64,000 nucleotides of DNA, taken from contig CAZCJX010000003.1 of NCBI GenBank assembly GCA_964499205.1, positions 8,174 to 72,173 of the forward strand, written 5' to 3'. Below the pieces are notes generated by a model, which did not search any database, was not told where the DNA came from, and was given only the letters and a program-made list of their open reading frames with translations. Source of the stretch: an uncultured Actinomycetes bacterium. Lineage in GTDB: Bacteria > Chloroflexota > Dormibacteria > Aeolococcales > Aeolococcaceae. Made by a program: the position numbers and the translations under genes. Below, one piece after another: positions 52,324 to 61,017 of the stretch (within the stretch, counting starts at the first letter, position 1; every line of letters starts with the position of its first letter).

Positions 52324-53484
52324 TCAGCGGTCCGCCGTCAGCAGCAGCGCGGAGCCGTCCATCAGCGCGCCGGAGGTGACCGCGCAGACCTCGTGTCGCG
52401 GCGCCTGGCGATCGCCGCCGCGACCCTGCACCTGCAGCGCCGCCTCGGCCACCGTGTTCATGCCGTGCAGGTACCCCTCGGCGAGCAGGCCGCCATGGGT
52501 GTTGGTGGGCAGCGCGCCGTCGAGGGCGGTGCCGCCGCCGCGCACGAACGCGCCCGCCTCGCCGCGCCCGCAGATGCCGAGTCCCTCGAGCCCGATCAGC
52601 ACCGTGCTCGAGAAGCAGTCGTAGATCTCGGCGACCTGCACGTCGGCGGCGCTGAGGCCGGCGCGGCCGAACAGGTCGGCGGCGAGAAAGCTGGTGTAGT
52701 TGCGCGTGTAGTCGTCCCACGAGAGGTGGTCGCCGATGTCGAGTCCGGAGCGCGGCCCGGCGCGATACGCGCCCGACGCCACCACCGCGGGGGGATGGCG
52801 GAGGTCGCGGGCGCGGTCGAGCGACGACACCACCACCGCGCAGGCGCCGTCGACCTCGATGGTGCAGTCGGCGGCGCGGAACGGCTCGACGACATACGGC
52901 GAGGCCAGGTACGCGGCGATGTCGAGAGGCGAACGGCGCACCGCGCGCGGGTTGCGCTCGGCGTAGCGCCGCTGCGCCACGGCGACCGCGCCGAGGTCCT
53001 CGGGGCCGCCGCCGGTCTCGTGGAGGAAGCGCCGGCCCCACATCGCCACGTACATCATGTAGGCGTCGTAGCCGAGGGGATAGCGGTACTGCGCACCCAT
53101 GCCGGCGAACTGCATGGTGCCGACGCGGCTGCCGCTGCGCCCGTTCATGGCGCGGAAGACGACGACGTTGCGGGCCATGCCGGTGCTCACCGCGGCGGCC
53201 GCCAGGGTGACCAGGTAGCAGGGCGCCTGGCCGCCGAGGTCGACGTCGAGGAGCAGGCGCTGCTCGCCGAGGCCGAGCACCGTGGCCACCGCCTGGCAGG
53301 GGACGGAGTCGTGCATCACCATGAAGCTGGCGATGCCGTCGACCTCGTCGCGGGACAGCCCGGCGTCGTCGATGGCCGCCTGGCACGCCTGCGCGGCGAG
53401 GTCGAGGACACTGCTGCCCGACTCGCGGGTGAACGGCGTGTAGCCGACGCCGGTGATCGCGGCGCGCCGCGCGGCGTCGCTCAT
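52324..53484 (-). CDS. thiolase-like protein, SCP-x/lipid-transfer-protein (Ltp) type
   Basis: 386 aa from ATG 53484 (ATGA overlap). Motifs ITGVGYTPFTR and the C-terminal NTHGGLLAEGYLHGMN. Candidate nucleophile Cys in GGQAPCYLV. Confidence 0.8.
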   Translation of the reverse strand: MSDAARRAAITGVGYTPFTRESGSSVLDLAAQACQAAIDDAGLSRDEVDGIASFMVMHDSVPCQAVATVLGLGEQRLLLDVDLGGQAPCYLVTLAAAAVSTGMARNVVVFRAMNGRSGSRVGTMQFAGMGAQYRYPLGYDAYMMYVAMWGRRFLHETGGGPEDLGAVAVAQRRYAERNPRAVRRSPLDIAAYLASPYVVEPFRAADCTIEVDGACAVVVSSLDRARDLRHPPAVVASGAYRAGPRSGLDIGDHLSWDDYTRNYTSFLAADLFGRAGLSAADVQVAEIYDCFSSTVLIGLEGLGICGRGEAGAFVRGGGTALDGALPTNTHGGLLAEGYLHGMNTVAEAALQVQGRGGDRQAPRHEVCAVTSGALMDGSALLLTADR

Positions 53485-53930
53485 CGATCCTCCTCTGCGC
53501 CCACGCGCCTGAAGCGCAGCTCCGTCCAACCGTCGTGGTCGACGAAGCGGGCCGCCACCACGTCGTCGATCGACACCGCGGCGGGATCGCCGTCGACGCG
53601 ACCGATCACGCGCGGACCCTCGCCGTCGAGCTGCACAACGGCGACGACGTAGGGTACCTCGCGAACCATCGCGGGCGTGAGGGCGCGGTGCACGCGCACG
53701 AAGGAATACACCCGGCCGCCGCCGGGATGCTCGACGTCCTGGTGGCCGCGCGCCCCGCAGTACGGGCAACCGGGCATGGGCGGAAAGCGCAGCCGGTTGC
53801 ACGACGTGCAGCGCTGCAGGACCACGCGGTGCTCACCCAGCGCCGTCCACCAGCCGGCGCTCTCGGCGTCGACGTCCGGCGGTGGCGGCGCGGCGGGACT
53901 GCCCTCGGTGTCGTCCACCGGCGCGGCCAT
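53481..53930 (-). CDS. DUF35 OB-fold / zinc-ribbon protein (thiolase partner type)
   Basis: Zinc ribbon CTSCNRLRFPPMPGCPYCG, followed by an OB-fold segment (GRVYSFVRVH...VVAVVQLDEG-like). Confidence 0.8.
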   Translation of the reverse strand: MAAPVDDTEGSPAAPPPPDVDAESAGWWTALGEHRVVLQRCTSCNRLRFPPMPGCPYCGARGHQDVEHPGGGRVYSFVRVHRALTPAMVREVPYVVAVVQLDGEGPRVIGRVDGDPAAVSIDDVVAARFVDHDGWTELRFRRVGAEEDR

Positions 53931-53931
53931 G

Positions 53932-54750
53932 TCAGCGCCCCTGGAAGCGCGGCGGCCGTTTCTCGGCGAAGGCCTGCAGGCCCTCGCGAGCGTCCTCCGA
54001 GGTGAGGCAGTAGTAGGCGTTCTTCTCGCGCTCGTAGGCCAGCGCCTCGGGCAAGGGAACGCCGCCGGCCCACAGCGAGGCCATGACCTGCTTGGCGTTG
54101 GCCACCGCCAGGGGGCTCTTGCGCGCCACCTCCTCGGCGAAGCCGATGCCCGCGTCGAGCAGCTCAGTGTCGGGCACGCAGCGGCTGACCAGGCCCCAGT
54201 GCTCCGCCTCGGCGGCGTCGAGGAAGCGCCCCGAGAAGATCAGCTCGCAGGCTTTCTGCAGGCCGATCAGCCGCGGTAGCAGGGTGAGCACCCCGCCGCC
54301 GCCCATCTGCCCGAAGTTGAGGTGGCCGTCGCCGATGCGCGCGCCCTCGGCGGCGATGGCCAGGTCGCAGTTGAGCAGCAGCTCCAGACCGCCCGCGGCG
54401 GTGACGCCGTTGACCAGCGCGACGGCGGGCACGGGCAGGGTGCGCAGGCGACCGAAGGTGCGGTGCAGGTCGGCGACGAACTGCGGGAAGCGCACCGGGT
54501 CGCGCTGCAGGGCGACGTAGCCCTTGAGGTCACCGCCGGCGCTGAAGGCGCGGCCGGCCCCGGTGACCAGCACGGTACGGACCGACCGGTCGGTCGCCAC
54601 CGCGTCGATGGCGGCGTCGAGGGCGCGCACCATGTCCCAGTCGATGGCGTTGAGCTGGTCGGGCCGGTTGAGGGTGAGCACCGCGGCGCAGGCGCCGTCC
54701 TGCTGCAGGGGGCGCCGCTCGACGAGGACCCGGTCCTGGGCGGTGGTCAC
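53932..54750 (-). CDS. enoyl-CoA hydratase/isomerase family protein
   Basis: Motif VLVTGAGRAFSAGGDLKG. GTG 54750 in a GTGA overlap. Confidence 0.9.
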   Translation of the reverse strand: MTTAQDRVLVERRPLQQDGACAAVLTLNRPDQLNAIDWDMVRALDAAIDAVATDRSVRTVLVTGAGRAFSAGGDLKGYVALQRDPVRFPQFVADLHRTFGRLRTLPVPAVALVNGVTAAGGLELLLNCDLAIAAEGARIGDGHLNFGQMGGGGVLTLLPRLIGLQKACELIFSGRFLDAAEAEHWGLVSRCVPDTELLDAGIGFAEEVARKSPLAVANAKQVMASLWAGGVPLPEALAYEREKNAYYCLTSEDAREGLQAFAEKRPPRFQGR

Positions 54751-56381
54751 GCGGTGCGGTCCCAGCGGCCGGCCGGGTCGCGCTCCAGCAGGGCGCGCAC
54801 GATCTCGTGCTTCTGCACCTTGCCCGACGCGGTGGTGGGCAGCTCGTCGAGCACCTCCAGCCGCTCGGGCAGCTTGTAGTCGGCCATGCCCTCGGCGCGC
54901 AGCCGCGCCACCATCTCGGCGAAGCCCAGCGTCTTCCCCTGGCGCAGCACCAGGCAGGCGCAGCAGCGCTCGCCGAGGCGGCCGTCGGGCAGGCCGACTA
55001 CCGCGGCGCGCAGCACCTCGGGAAAGCGCAGCAGCACGTCCTCGATCTCACGCGGCGTGATGTTGAGGCCGCCGCGGATGATGATCTCCTTCTTGCGGCC
55101 GACGATGGCGATGTAGCCGTCCTCGTCCATCACCGCCACGTCGCCGGAGCGCACCCAGCCGTCGAGGAAGGTGCGCGCGGTGCGCTCGGGATCGCGGAAG
55201 AAGCCGACGCACGTGTTCGGCCCGCGCGTGTAGATCTCGCCCTGCTCGCCGGTGGCCACCGGGTTGCCCGCGTCGTCGCGCAGCTCCACCTCCACGTGCG
55301 ACATGGCCACGCCGTCAGTGTGCCGTCTCTTCTCGACGGGGCCGCCCGGACGGTTCCAGGTGCCCACCAGCACCTCGGTGGAGCCGTAGAGGCGGAGCAC
55401 CTGGATGCCCTGGGCCAGCGCGGCGTCGACCAGCTCCGGGGGCACCGGCGCACCGCCGCAGCCGAAGCGCTGCAGCGAGTCGAGCCGCAGCCCGCGACGC
55501 TGCGCCTCCTCGACCAGGTCCTTGAGGAACGTCGTCGCCGCCAGGGTGTACGAGCAGCCCTCGGCGGCGACCAGCTCGCAGGCGGTGGTGGCGTTCCACT
55601 GGTCCTGCAGGACGAGACGGAGCCCGCCGTACAGGGCCATGCGCAGGCCGTAGTTGAAGCCGGTGGAATGGCCCACCGGCGAGGGCATCCAGACCACGTC
55701 GGCGTCGCTCATGCCGAGGTCGGCGCAGGCGACGCGGACGCTGAAGTTGGCGGTCTGCTCGGTGTGCATGATCGCCTTGGGCGCGGCCTCGGTGCCCGAG
55801 GTGAAGATCAGCTCCGACACCGCGCCGGCGGGGGCGGGCTCGGGCAGCTCCGCGTCGGGCGGGTCGCGCAGGATGTCGTCCAGCGCGGTTGCGCCCCTGC
55901 CGGCGACGACGTGGTGGACGTCGAGCCCGGTCTCGGCGCGCAGCGCCTCGACCATCGGCGCGTAGGCGAAGCCGCGGTACTCGTCGGGGGTGATGATCAC
56001 CTTGGTGCCCGCCGTCTCGAAGACGTGGCGCAGCTCCTTCTGGCGGTAGCCGGGCAGCAGGGTGTTGATCACCGCGGCGGCGCGCTGCACGGCGACGGCG
56101 GCGACGGCCGCCTCGTAGCGGTTGGGCAGCTGCACCGAGACCACGTCGCCGGGGCGGACGCCGCAGGCCACCAGGTGGCGGGCCAGCGCGGTGGCGTCGC
56201 GCCAGAGCTCGGCGTAGCCGGCGCGCCGGCCGCGGTCGTCGACCACGGCGACGTCGTCGGGCCGGCTGCGCGCCCACTGCTCGACGCGGCCCACCATGGT
56301 CGAGCCGTCCCAATGGCCGGCGTCGAGGTAGGCCTGGCGCCGCTCGGGGGACGTGACGACGTCCACGAGGGTTGCGGTCAC
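54747..56381 (-). CDS. AMP-dependent acyl-CoA ligase, first gene of the 14-gene operon
   Basis: Motifs LIFTSGTEAAPKA, GWVRSGD, IIRGGLNI and the C-terminal SGKVQKHE. GTG 56381 lies 5 nt from the divergent-promoter palindrome. Confidence 0.9.
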   Translation of the reverse strand: MTATLVDVVTSPERRQAYLDAGHWDGSTMVGRVEQWARSRPDDVAVVDDRGRRAGYAELWRDATALARHLVACGVRPGDVVSVQLPNRYEAAVAAVAVQRAAAVINTLLPGYRQKELRHVFETAGTKVIITPDEYRGFAYAPMVEALRAETGLDVHHVVAGRGATALDDILRDPPDAELPEPAPAGAVSELIFTSGTEAAPKAIMHTEQTANFSVRVACADLGMSDADVVWMPSPVGHSTGFNYGLRMALYGGLRLVLQDQWNATTACELVAAEGCSYTLAATTFLKDLVEEAQRRGLRLDSLQRFGCGGAPVPPELVDAALAQGIQVLRLYGSTEVLVGTWNRPGGPVEKRRHTDGVAMSHVEVELRDDAGNPVATGEQGEIYTRGPNTCVGFFRDPERTARTFLDGWVRSGDVAVMDEDGYIAIVGRKKEIIIRGGLNITPREIEDVLLRFPEVLRAAVVGLPDGRLGERCCACLVLRQGKTLGFAEMVARLRAEGMADYKLPERLEVLDELPTTASGKVQKHEIVRALLERDPAGRWDRTA

Positions 56382-56385
56382 CGGG

Positions 56386-56403
56386 CAATCCTATAATAGA
56401 TTG
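56386..56403. promoter_or_regulatory. inverted repeat CAATC-N8-GATTG centred on TATAAT in a 52-nt divergent spacer
   Basis: CAATCCTATAATAGATTG. The plus strand carries TATAAT (56392-56397) and the minus strand TATTAT (56398-56393). The spacer lies between GTG 56381 (CoA ligase) and ATG 56434. Confidence 0.6.
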
Positions 56404-56433
56404 AGTTATTGCAAGCAAGCACGGGGAGAGCCC

Positions 56434-56880
56434 ATGAGCGTCGAGCAGCAGCCGGACGGCCACGACCACGTCATCGACACCGGCAAGGGCAGGTTCGAGC
56501 TGAGCAACCTCGGGCTGGTGCTGCCCGGGATGGCCGAGATCATGCCGCTGATCGGCGCGCGGATCACCAAGTGCTGGTACGCGGGCAAGGCGCGCAACAA
56601 GCCGCTGGCGGCGTTTCAGCTCAAGGAGGCGGTGGGCCTGATGGAGAAGGGCGCCTTCCTGCGGCCCAAGTACAGCGAGAACATGGACAAGTTCATCGCC
56701 GGCGAGTGCGCCGCGGTGAAGCGGGCCATCGACAGCGAGGACTGGGACGCCTTCGAGACGGCGTTCGCCGCCATGGTCGATGCCGCCAACGGGTACCACG
56801 AGCTGTACGACAAGGGCTACCTGCGCTGGAAGCTGCCGGACACGCCTCCCGGGGACCTCGACTTCACGCCGCGGCGCTGA
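56434..56880 (+). CDS. hypothetical protein (148 aa), no family recognised
   Basis: ATG 56434 is preceded by GGGGAGAG. High GC3 throughout. No signal peptide or TM segment visible. Sequence MSVEQQPDGHDHVIDTGKGRFELSNLGLVLPGMAEIMPLIGARITKCWYAGKARNKPLAAF... Confidence 0.65.
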   Translation: MSVEQQPDGHDHVIDTGKGRFELSNLGLVLPGMAEIMPLIGARITKCWYAGKARNKPLAAFQLKEAVGLMEKGAFLRPKYSENMDKFIAGECAAVKRAIDSEDWDAFETAFAAMVDAANGYHELYDKGYLRWKLPDTPPGDLDFTPRR

Positions 56881-56893
56881 GAGATCCTCGGGC

Positions 56894-56922
56894 CGCGGCC
56901 GGCGGAGCGGCGGCCGGCCGCG
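56894..56922. terminator. 10-bp GC hairpin between convergent genes (candidate bidirectional terminator)
   Basis: CGCGGCCGGC (56894-56903) pairs perfectly with GCCGGCCGCG (56913-56922) across a 9-nt loop. No T tract. Confidence 0.35.
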
Positions 56923-56950
56923 CGCAGCGTGGCGGCAGGGTGACCCGGGC

Positions 56951-57895
56951 TCAGTGCCTCGTGCTGCGCCGGCGGCCTCGGCCGTCGCGCGCGGCGTGGC
57001 CGTTCGCGCCGCCGCCGAGCACGGCGCCGTCACGCTGCCGCCGCGGCGAGGGCGCGGCCTCCACCCCGGTGACCGGCCGGTCCTCGTAGCCGCGCCGGGC
57101 GAGCAGCGCCGGCTCGTGCAGCAGCCCGGCGTGCACGATGAGTCCCCGGCCGAGCAGCGCGTGGCTGGCCGGCCCGGCGTAGTGCTCGCGGGAGGCCTCC
57201 TCGGCGGCGCGCGGGTCGCCGGCGGCGATGGCGTCGAGGATGCGCTGGTGCGCCGCCAGCGTGGTCTCGCGGGCCCTGCGCTCCAGCGCCGGGCCGAGCT
57301 GGGCGGTGCGGATGGCCAGCTGGTCGTCGTGCGCGCCCCAGATCCAGTCGAGGGCGCCGGCCATCAGGATCAGGCTCTCGTTGCCGCAGTGGTCGACCAT
57401 CTGCTCGTGGAAGAGGCGGGCGAGCCGGGCGAAGCGCTCGGCGTCGTCGAGAGCGGCGCGGGTCGCCTCCTGGGTGTCGGTGAGCACCGGCACGATGGTC
57501 CGCCGGCGGTCCTTGCGCTCGGCGCAGAAGGCGGCGAAGAGCGGGTCGAGCCGGCGCAGCGCCAGCACCACGTCGTCGACGGTGACCCGGCGCGACTGCA
57601 GCACCAGGGCCGCGGTGTACGCGGTCTGCTCAGGTGTCGGCGCGTGCACGATGGCGCCGCCGACGTTGCCGCGCTGCACGGTGAGCAGCCCCTCGGTCTC
57701 GAGGATGCTGAGCGCCTCGCGCAGCGAGGGCAGGCTGACGTTGAACTCCTCGAGCAGGTCCTCCTGCTTGGGCAACGCACCCCCGTCGCGCAGCGCCCCG
57801 GTGAGGATCTGGTCGCGCAGCGCCGAGGCCACCACCTGGGCCACGCGCGGACGCCTGACCTGGCTGCGAGGGCCCTGCCCGCCCTGTCCATACAT
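56951..57895 (-). CDS. GntR-family (FadR/FCD subfamily) transcriptional regulator with Arg-rich C-terminal tail
   Basis: ATG 57895 (MYGQGG). wHTH LPKQEDLLEEFNVSLPSLREALSILETEGLLTVQRGNVGGAIV plus a helical FCD-like domain. TAAGGT box 8 nt upstream of the ATG. Confidence 0.85.
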   Translation of the reverse strand: MYGQGGQGPRSQVRRPRVAQVVASALRDQILTGALRDGGALPKQEDLLEEFNVSLPSLREALSILETEGLLTVQRGNVGGAIVHAPTPEQTAYTAALVLQSRRVTVDDVVLALRRLDPLFAAFCAERKDRRRTIVPVLTDTQEATRAALDDAERFARLARLFHEQMVDHCGNESLILMAGALDWIWGAHDDQLAIRTAQLGPALERRARETTLAAHQRILDAIAAGDPRAAEEASREHYAGPASHALLGRGLIVHAGLLHEPALLARRGYEDRPVTGVEAAPSPRRQRDGAVLGGGANGHAARDGRGRRRSTRH

Positions 57896-58053
57896 ATTCG
57901 GCAACCTTATCAGGGCCTCTGAGAACTTGGACCGGTTTTCGACACCAGGTGATGTCAGCCGCCGGCTGCCGGCTCCATCTTCATATACTTTGACCACTTC
58001 GAGGGGGGCGGGGACCATGCCAGCAGCGGCGGGGCACGGAGGCGAGCAGCACC

Positions 58054-59070
58054 ATGGGCGGCGTGCGCTTCGGCATGGCCCGGCCGCCGCGGCTGAGCGA
58101 CGACTTCGTGCCCTGGATCGAGCACGCCGAGTCGCTGGGTGCGTCGCTGTTCGGCTTCGGCGACTCGCAGACGATGTGGCCCGATCCCTACATCGGCATG
58201 ACCCTGGCCGCCGAGCACACCCGCCAGGCGCGGATCGGGCCGATGGTCACCGTGCCGGTGACGCGGCATCCCACCGCGGCGGCGTCGGCCATCGCCGGCG
58301 TGCAGCGGCTGTCCAGGGGGCGCGCCTTCTTCGGCATCGGCCCCGGCGACTCCGCCGCCTACAACATCGGCGTCCCCTCGGTGCGCATGGCCGAGTTCGA
58401 GGAGTACGCCACCTGCGTGCGCGACCTCTGCGCCCGCCACGCCGCGGTCTACCAGGGCCGCGAGCTGACCATGAACTGGGACACCGATCCCGTCCCGCTC
58501 TGGGTCGCCGGCGACGGGCCGCGGATGCTGGAGCTGGGCGGCCGCATCGGCGACGGCGTCATCGTCGGCAACGGCGCGACGCCGGAGCTGGTGCGCTACG
58601 CGCGCGAGCACATCGCCGCCGGCGCCGCGGAGTCGGGACGCTCCGTCGACGACCTCGAGGTCTGGTACATGGTGCGCGTCCACGTCACCGCCAGCGTCGA
58701 GCAGGGCATCGAGGACCTGGGCTTCTACCTGGCCAGCTACGCCAACGTGCGCTTCCGCCGCTCCATGCACGACAAGGGAGTCACCGTCACCGAGGACATC
58801 GCCGAGCGGCTGCGCCGCTTCCGCGCCGCCTTCGACGGCAGGCAGGCCTACGACCCCGGCAACCGCCACAACCTCGACCTGCTCGACAGCCTGGGCCTGA
58901 CCCGCTGGCTGGCCGACCAGTTCCTGGTCACCGGGCCGGTCGACACCGTCCTCGAACGCCTCCGCGCCCTGGTCGACGCGGGTGCGCGCAACATCGTCAT
59001 TCCGCAGATGCTGCCCGACCCCGTCGCCACCACCAGCCGGTTGCGCCCGGTGATCGAGGCCCTCGCCTAG
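58054..59070 (+). CDS. LLM-class (F420/flavin-dependent) oxidoreductase
   Basis: 338 aa. Motifs GPMVTVPVTRHP, RAFFGIGPGDS and LWVAGDGPRMLELGGRIGDGVIV. GGAGG RBS upstream. Confidence 0.85.
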   Translation: MGGVRFGMARPPRLSDDFVPWIEHAESLGASLFGFGDSQTMWPDPYIGMTLAAEHTRQARIGPMVTVPVTRHPTAAASAIAGVQRLSRGRAFFGIGPGDSAAYNIGVPSVRMAEFEEYATCVRDLCARHAAVYQGRELTMNWDTDPVPLWVAGDGPRMLELGGRIGDGVIVGNGATPELVRYAREHIAAGAAESGRSVDDLEVWYMVRVHVTASVEQGIEDLGFYLASYANVRFRRSMHDKGVTVTEDIAERLRRFRAAFDGRQAYDPGNRHNLDLLDSLGLTRWLADQFLVTGPVDTVLERLRALVDAGARNIVIPQMLPDPVATTSRLRPVIEALA

Positions 59071-59083
59071 CCGGCCGACACCC

Positions 59084-60139
59084 TCAGGCGGCGCGGACCT
59101 GCACCGGCTGGGGCTGGCGCACCGGCAGCGTGCCCAGCCCGCTGATGTGCAGCCGCCGCCGGGCCACCGCGTAGGCGGCGAAGCCGATCAGCATGGCGAG
59201 CCCCTTGTCGGCGACGCGCTGCAGCAGGGCCACCGCCGCCGCCACCCCCGGGTTCACGCCAACACTGACCAGAAGTCCGACGACGCTGGCCTCGTAGGCG
59301 CCGATGCCGCCGGGGATGAGGCTCAACGCGCCGGCGAGGTTGGACACCGCGTAGACGAAGGCGGCCTGGCGGACGCCGAGCTGCCCCGGCGCCAGCGCCT
59401 GCGCCACCAACCAGAACACGGCGATGGTGCCCACCGCCTGGAGGGCGCTGATCCAGGTGCCGGTCAGCGTGTTGCGCCGGCGCAGCAGCAGCACGGTGTC
59501 GTTGTGGAGGCGGTCGACGTCGTGCACGAAGCGGCGCAGCACCGGGGTGTGGGCCACGCCGGCGCGCAGCAGGCGGTAGGCGGGACACCAGGTCAGCGCC
59601 CCGAAGATCACCGCGGTGAGGCAGAGCGCCGCGACGATGCCGGCGAAGGCGTGATGCAGGGTGAGCAGTCCGGGCACGGCGAGGAGGATCAGCACCATGG
59701 TGTAGATGAGCTCCTGCACCGTGACCGTGGCCACCACCGCGCCGAACTCCAGCCCACCCGCCTCCGAGGCCAGCACGGCACGGGTCAGCTCGCCCAGCGG
59801 CAGCAGCGCGGTGGCCTGCCCGGCGTAGTTGATCAGCACCGTGTCCTGCCAGCGCAGCTTGGCGCCGATGTCGACCATGAGCTGATGCCAGCGCAGGCCC
59901 TGCAGGAAGTAGTACCCAACCGAGATCACCACGATGGGCGCCAGCAGGGTGAACTGGAAGTGCTCGATGGCGCGGACGAAGGTGGTGGGATCGATGGCGG
60001 TGATCAGCGCGGCCAGGGCGAGAATGCCGACCAGGCTGGGCACCACGGTCCTGATCCAGTGCAGGTCGAAGACCCGACCGATGCGCAGGGAGCGGCGGTA
60101 GCGGCTGGGCCGGGTGTGGCCGGTGGTCGCTGCGCTCAT
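59084..60139 (-). CDS. flippase-like / lysylphosphatidylglycerol-synthase transmembrane-domain family protein (UPF0104)
   Basis: 351 aa, polytopic. Motif LQGLRWHQLMVDIGAKLRWQDTVLINYAGQATALLPLGELTRAV. Confidence 0.75.
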   Translation of the reverse strand: MSAATTGHTRPSRYRRSLRIGRVFDLHWIRTVVPSLVGILALAALITAIDPTTFVRAIEHFQFTLLAPIVVISVGYYFLQGLRWHQLMVDIGAKLRWQDTVLINYAGQATALLPLGELTRAVLASEAGGLEFGAVVATVTVQELIYTMVLILLAVPGLLTLHHAFAGIVAALCLTAVIFGALTWCPAYRLLRAGVAHTPVLRRFVHDVDRLHNDTVLLLRRRNTLTGTWISALQAVGTIAVFWLVAQALAPGQLGVRQAAFVYAVSNLAGALSLIPGGIGAYEASVVGLLVSVGVNPGVAAAVALLQRVADKGLAMLIGFAAYAVARRRLHISGLGTLPVRQPQPVQVRAA

Positions 60140-60146
60140 CGCCGCA

Positions 60147-60911
60147 TCATGCCCCCGCCGTGCCGAACAGGCGTCCCACGCCGAAGCCGGCCGCTGCGGC
60201 GGTCAACCCGATGGTCATCATCTGCAACCCCTTGCGCCACCAGCTGCCCACCAGGGTCAGCGCGGAGTAGACGCCGACGCCCATCAGCGCCACCGCGGAC
60301 AGCAGCAGCGCGGCGACCAGCGCCGGCCCGCGCGGCAGCCAGACGAAGGGCAGCAGGGGGATGAGGTGGCCGATCAGCGTGGCCACGGTGATCACCACCG
60401 CGCTGCGCAGGATGCTGGGCGTCTCCACCTCCTGCAGGTGCAGCTCCTCGTCCATGATGATGCCGATCCAGGTCTCGCGGTTGGCGGTGATGGTGTCGAC
60501 CACCTGGTCGAGCAGGCTGCCCGAGAAGCCCATGCGCTGGTAGATGTTGCGCACCTCGTCGCGCTCAAGCCCCGGCTCGCTGCGGATGTGCTCGGCCTCG
60601 CGCGCCCGCTGGGCGCGGTAGTAGTCGCGCGAGGAGAGCGCCGAGGTGTAGCCCACCGCACCCATGGAGATCGACTCCGTGACCGCGGCGGCGAAGCCGG
60701 TGGCAAGCAGCACCGGCTTCGAGCCGCCCCCGGCGATGACCCCGAGGATGATGCCGAGGATGTTGACCAGGCCGTCCTGGCCGCCGAGGATCACGTCGTA
60801 CAGCCAGTTGGTGCCGGCCTCGTGCCGGCCGCGATGCCGCGCCCGGAAGACGCCGCTGAAGGCCGATCCCAGCCAGGTCAGCGGCGAGCGCTGGGCTTCG
60901 CGAGTCGTCAT
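60147..60911 (-). CDS. VIT1/CCC1-family iron/manganese transporter
   Basis: ATG 60911 (MTTREAQ). Motifs LYDVILGGQDGLVNILGIILGV and AVTESISMGAVGY. C-terminal TM helices. Confidence 0.8.
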   Translation of the reverse strand: MTTREAQRSPLTWLGSAFSGVFRARHRGRHEAGTNWLYDVILGGQDGLVNILGIILGVIAGGGSKPVLLATGFAAAVTESISMGAVGYTSALSSRDYYRAQRAREAEHIRSEPGLERDEVRNIYQRMGFSGSLLDQVVDTITANRETWIGIIMDEELHLQEVETPSILRSAVVITVATLIGHLIPLLPFVWLPRGPALVAALLLSAVALMGVGVYSALTLVGSWWRKGLQMMTIGLTAAAAGFGVGRLFGTAGA

Positions 60912-61017
60912 GTGAGCATCCTGCGCGCCGAGCCGCTCGTCGCGCCAGCCGCCACCCCTCGACAAGGGGGATATGGTTGACGGATCCCGTCGGCGCCGCC
61001 GAGCGGAGGAGACCCAG

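Noticed and set aside
56951-57160. Arg/Gly-rich C-terminal tail of about 70 residues on the second GntR regulator, as a possible frameshift or pseudogene signal.
   Set aside because: The ORF is continuous, and the wHTH and FCD-like parts look intact. Low-complexity tails are common in GC-rich genomes. There is no evidence of disruption from this sequence alone.
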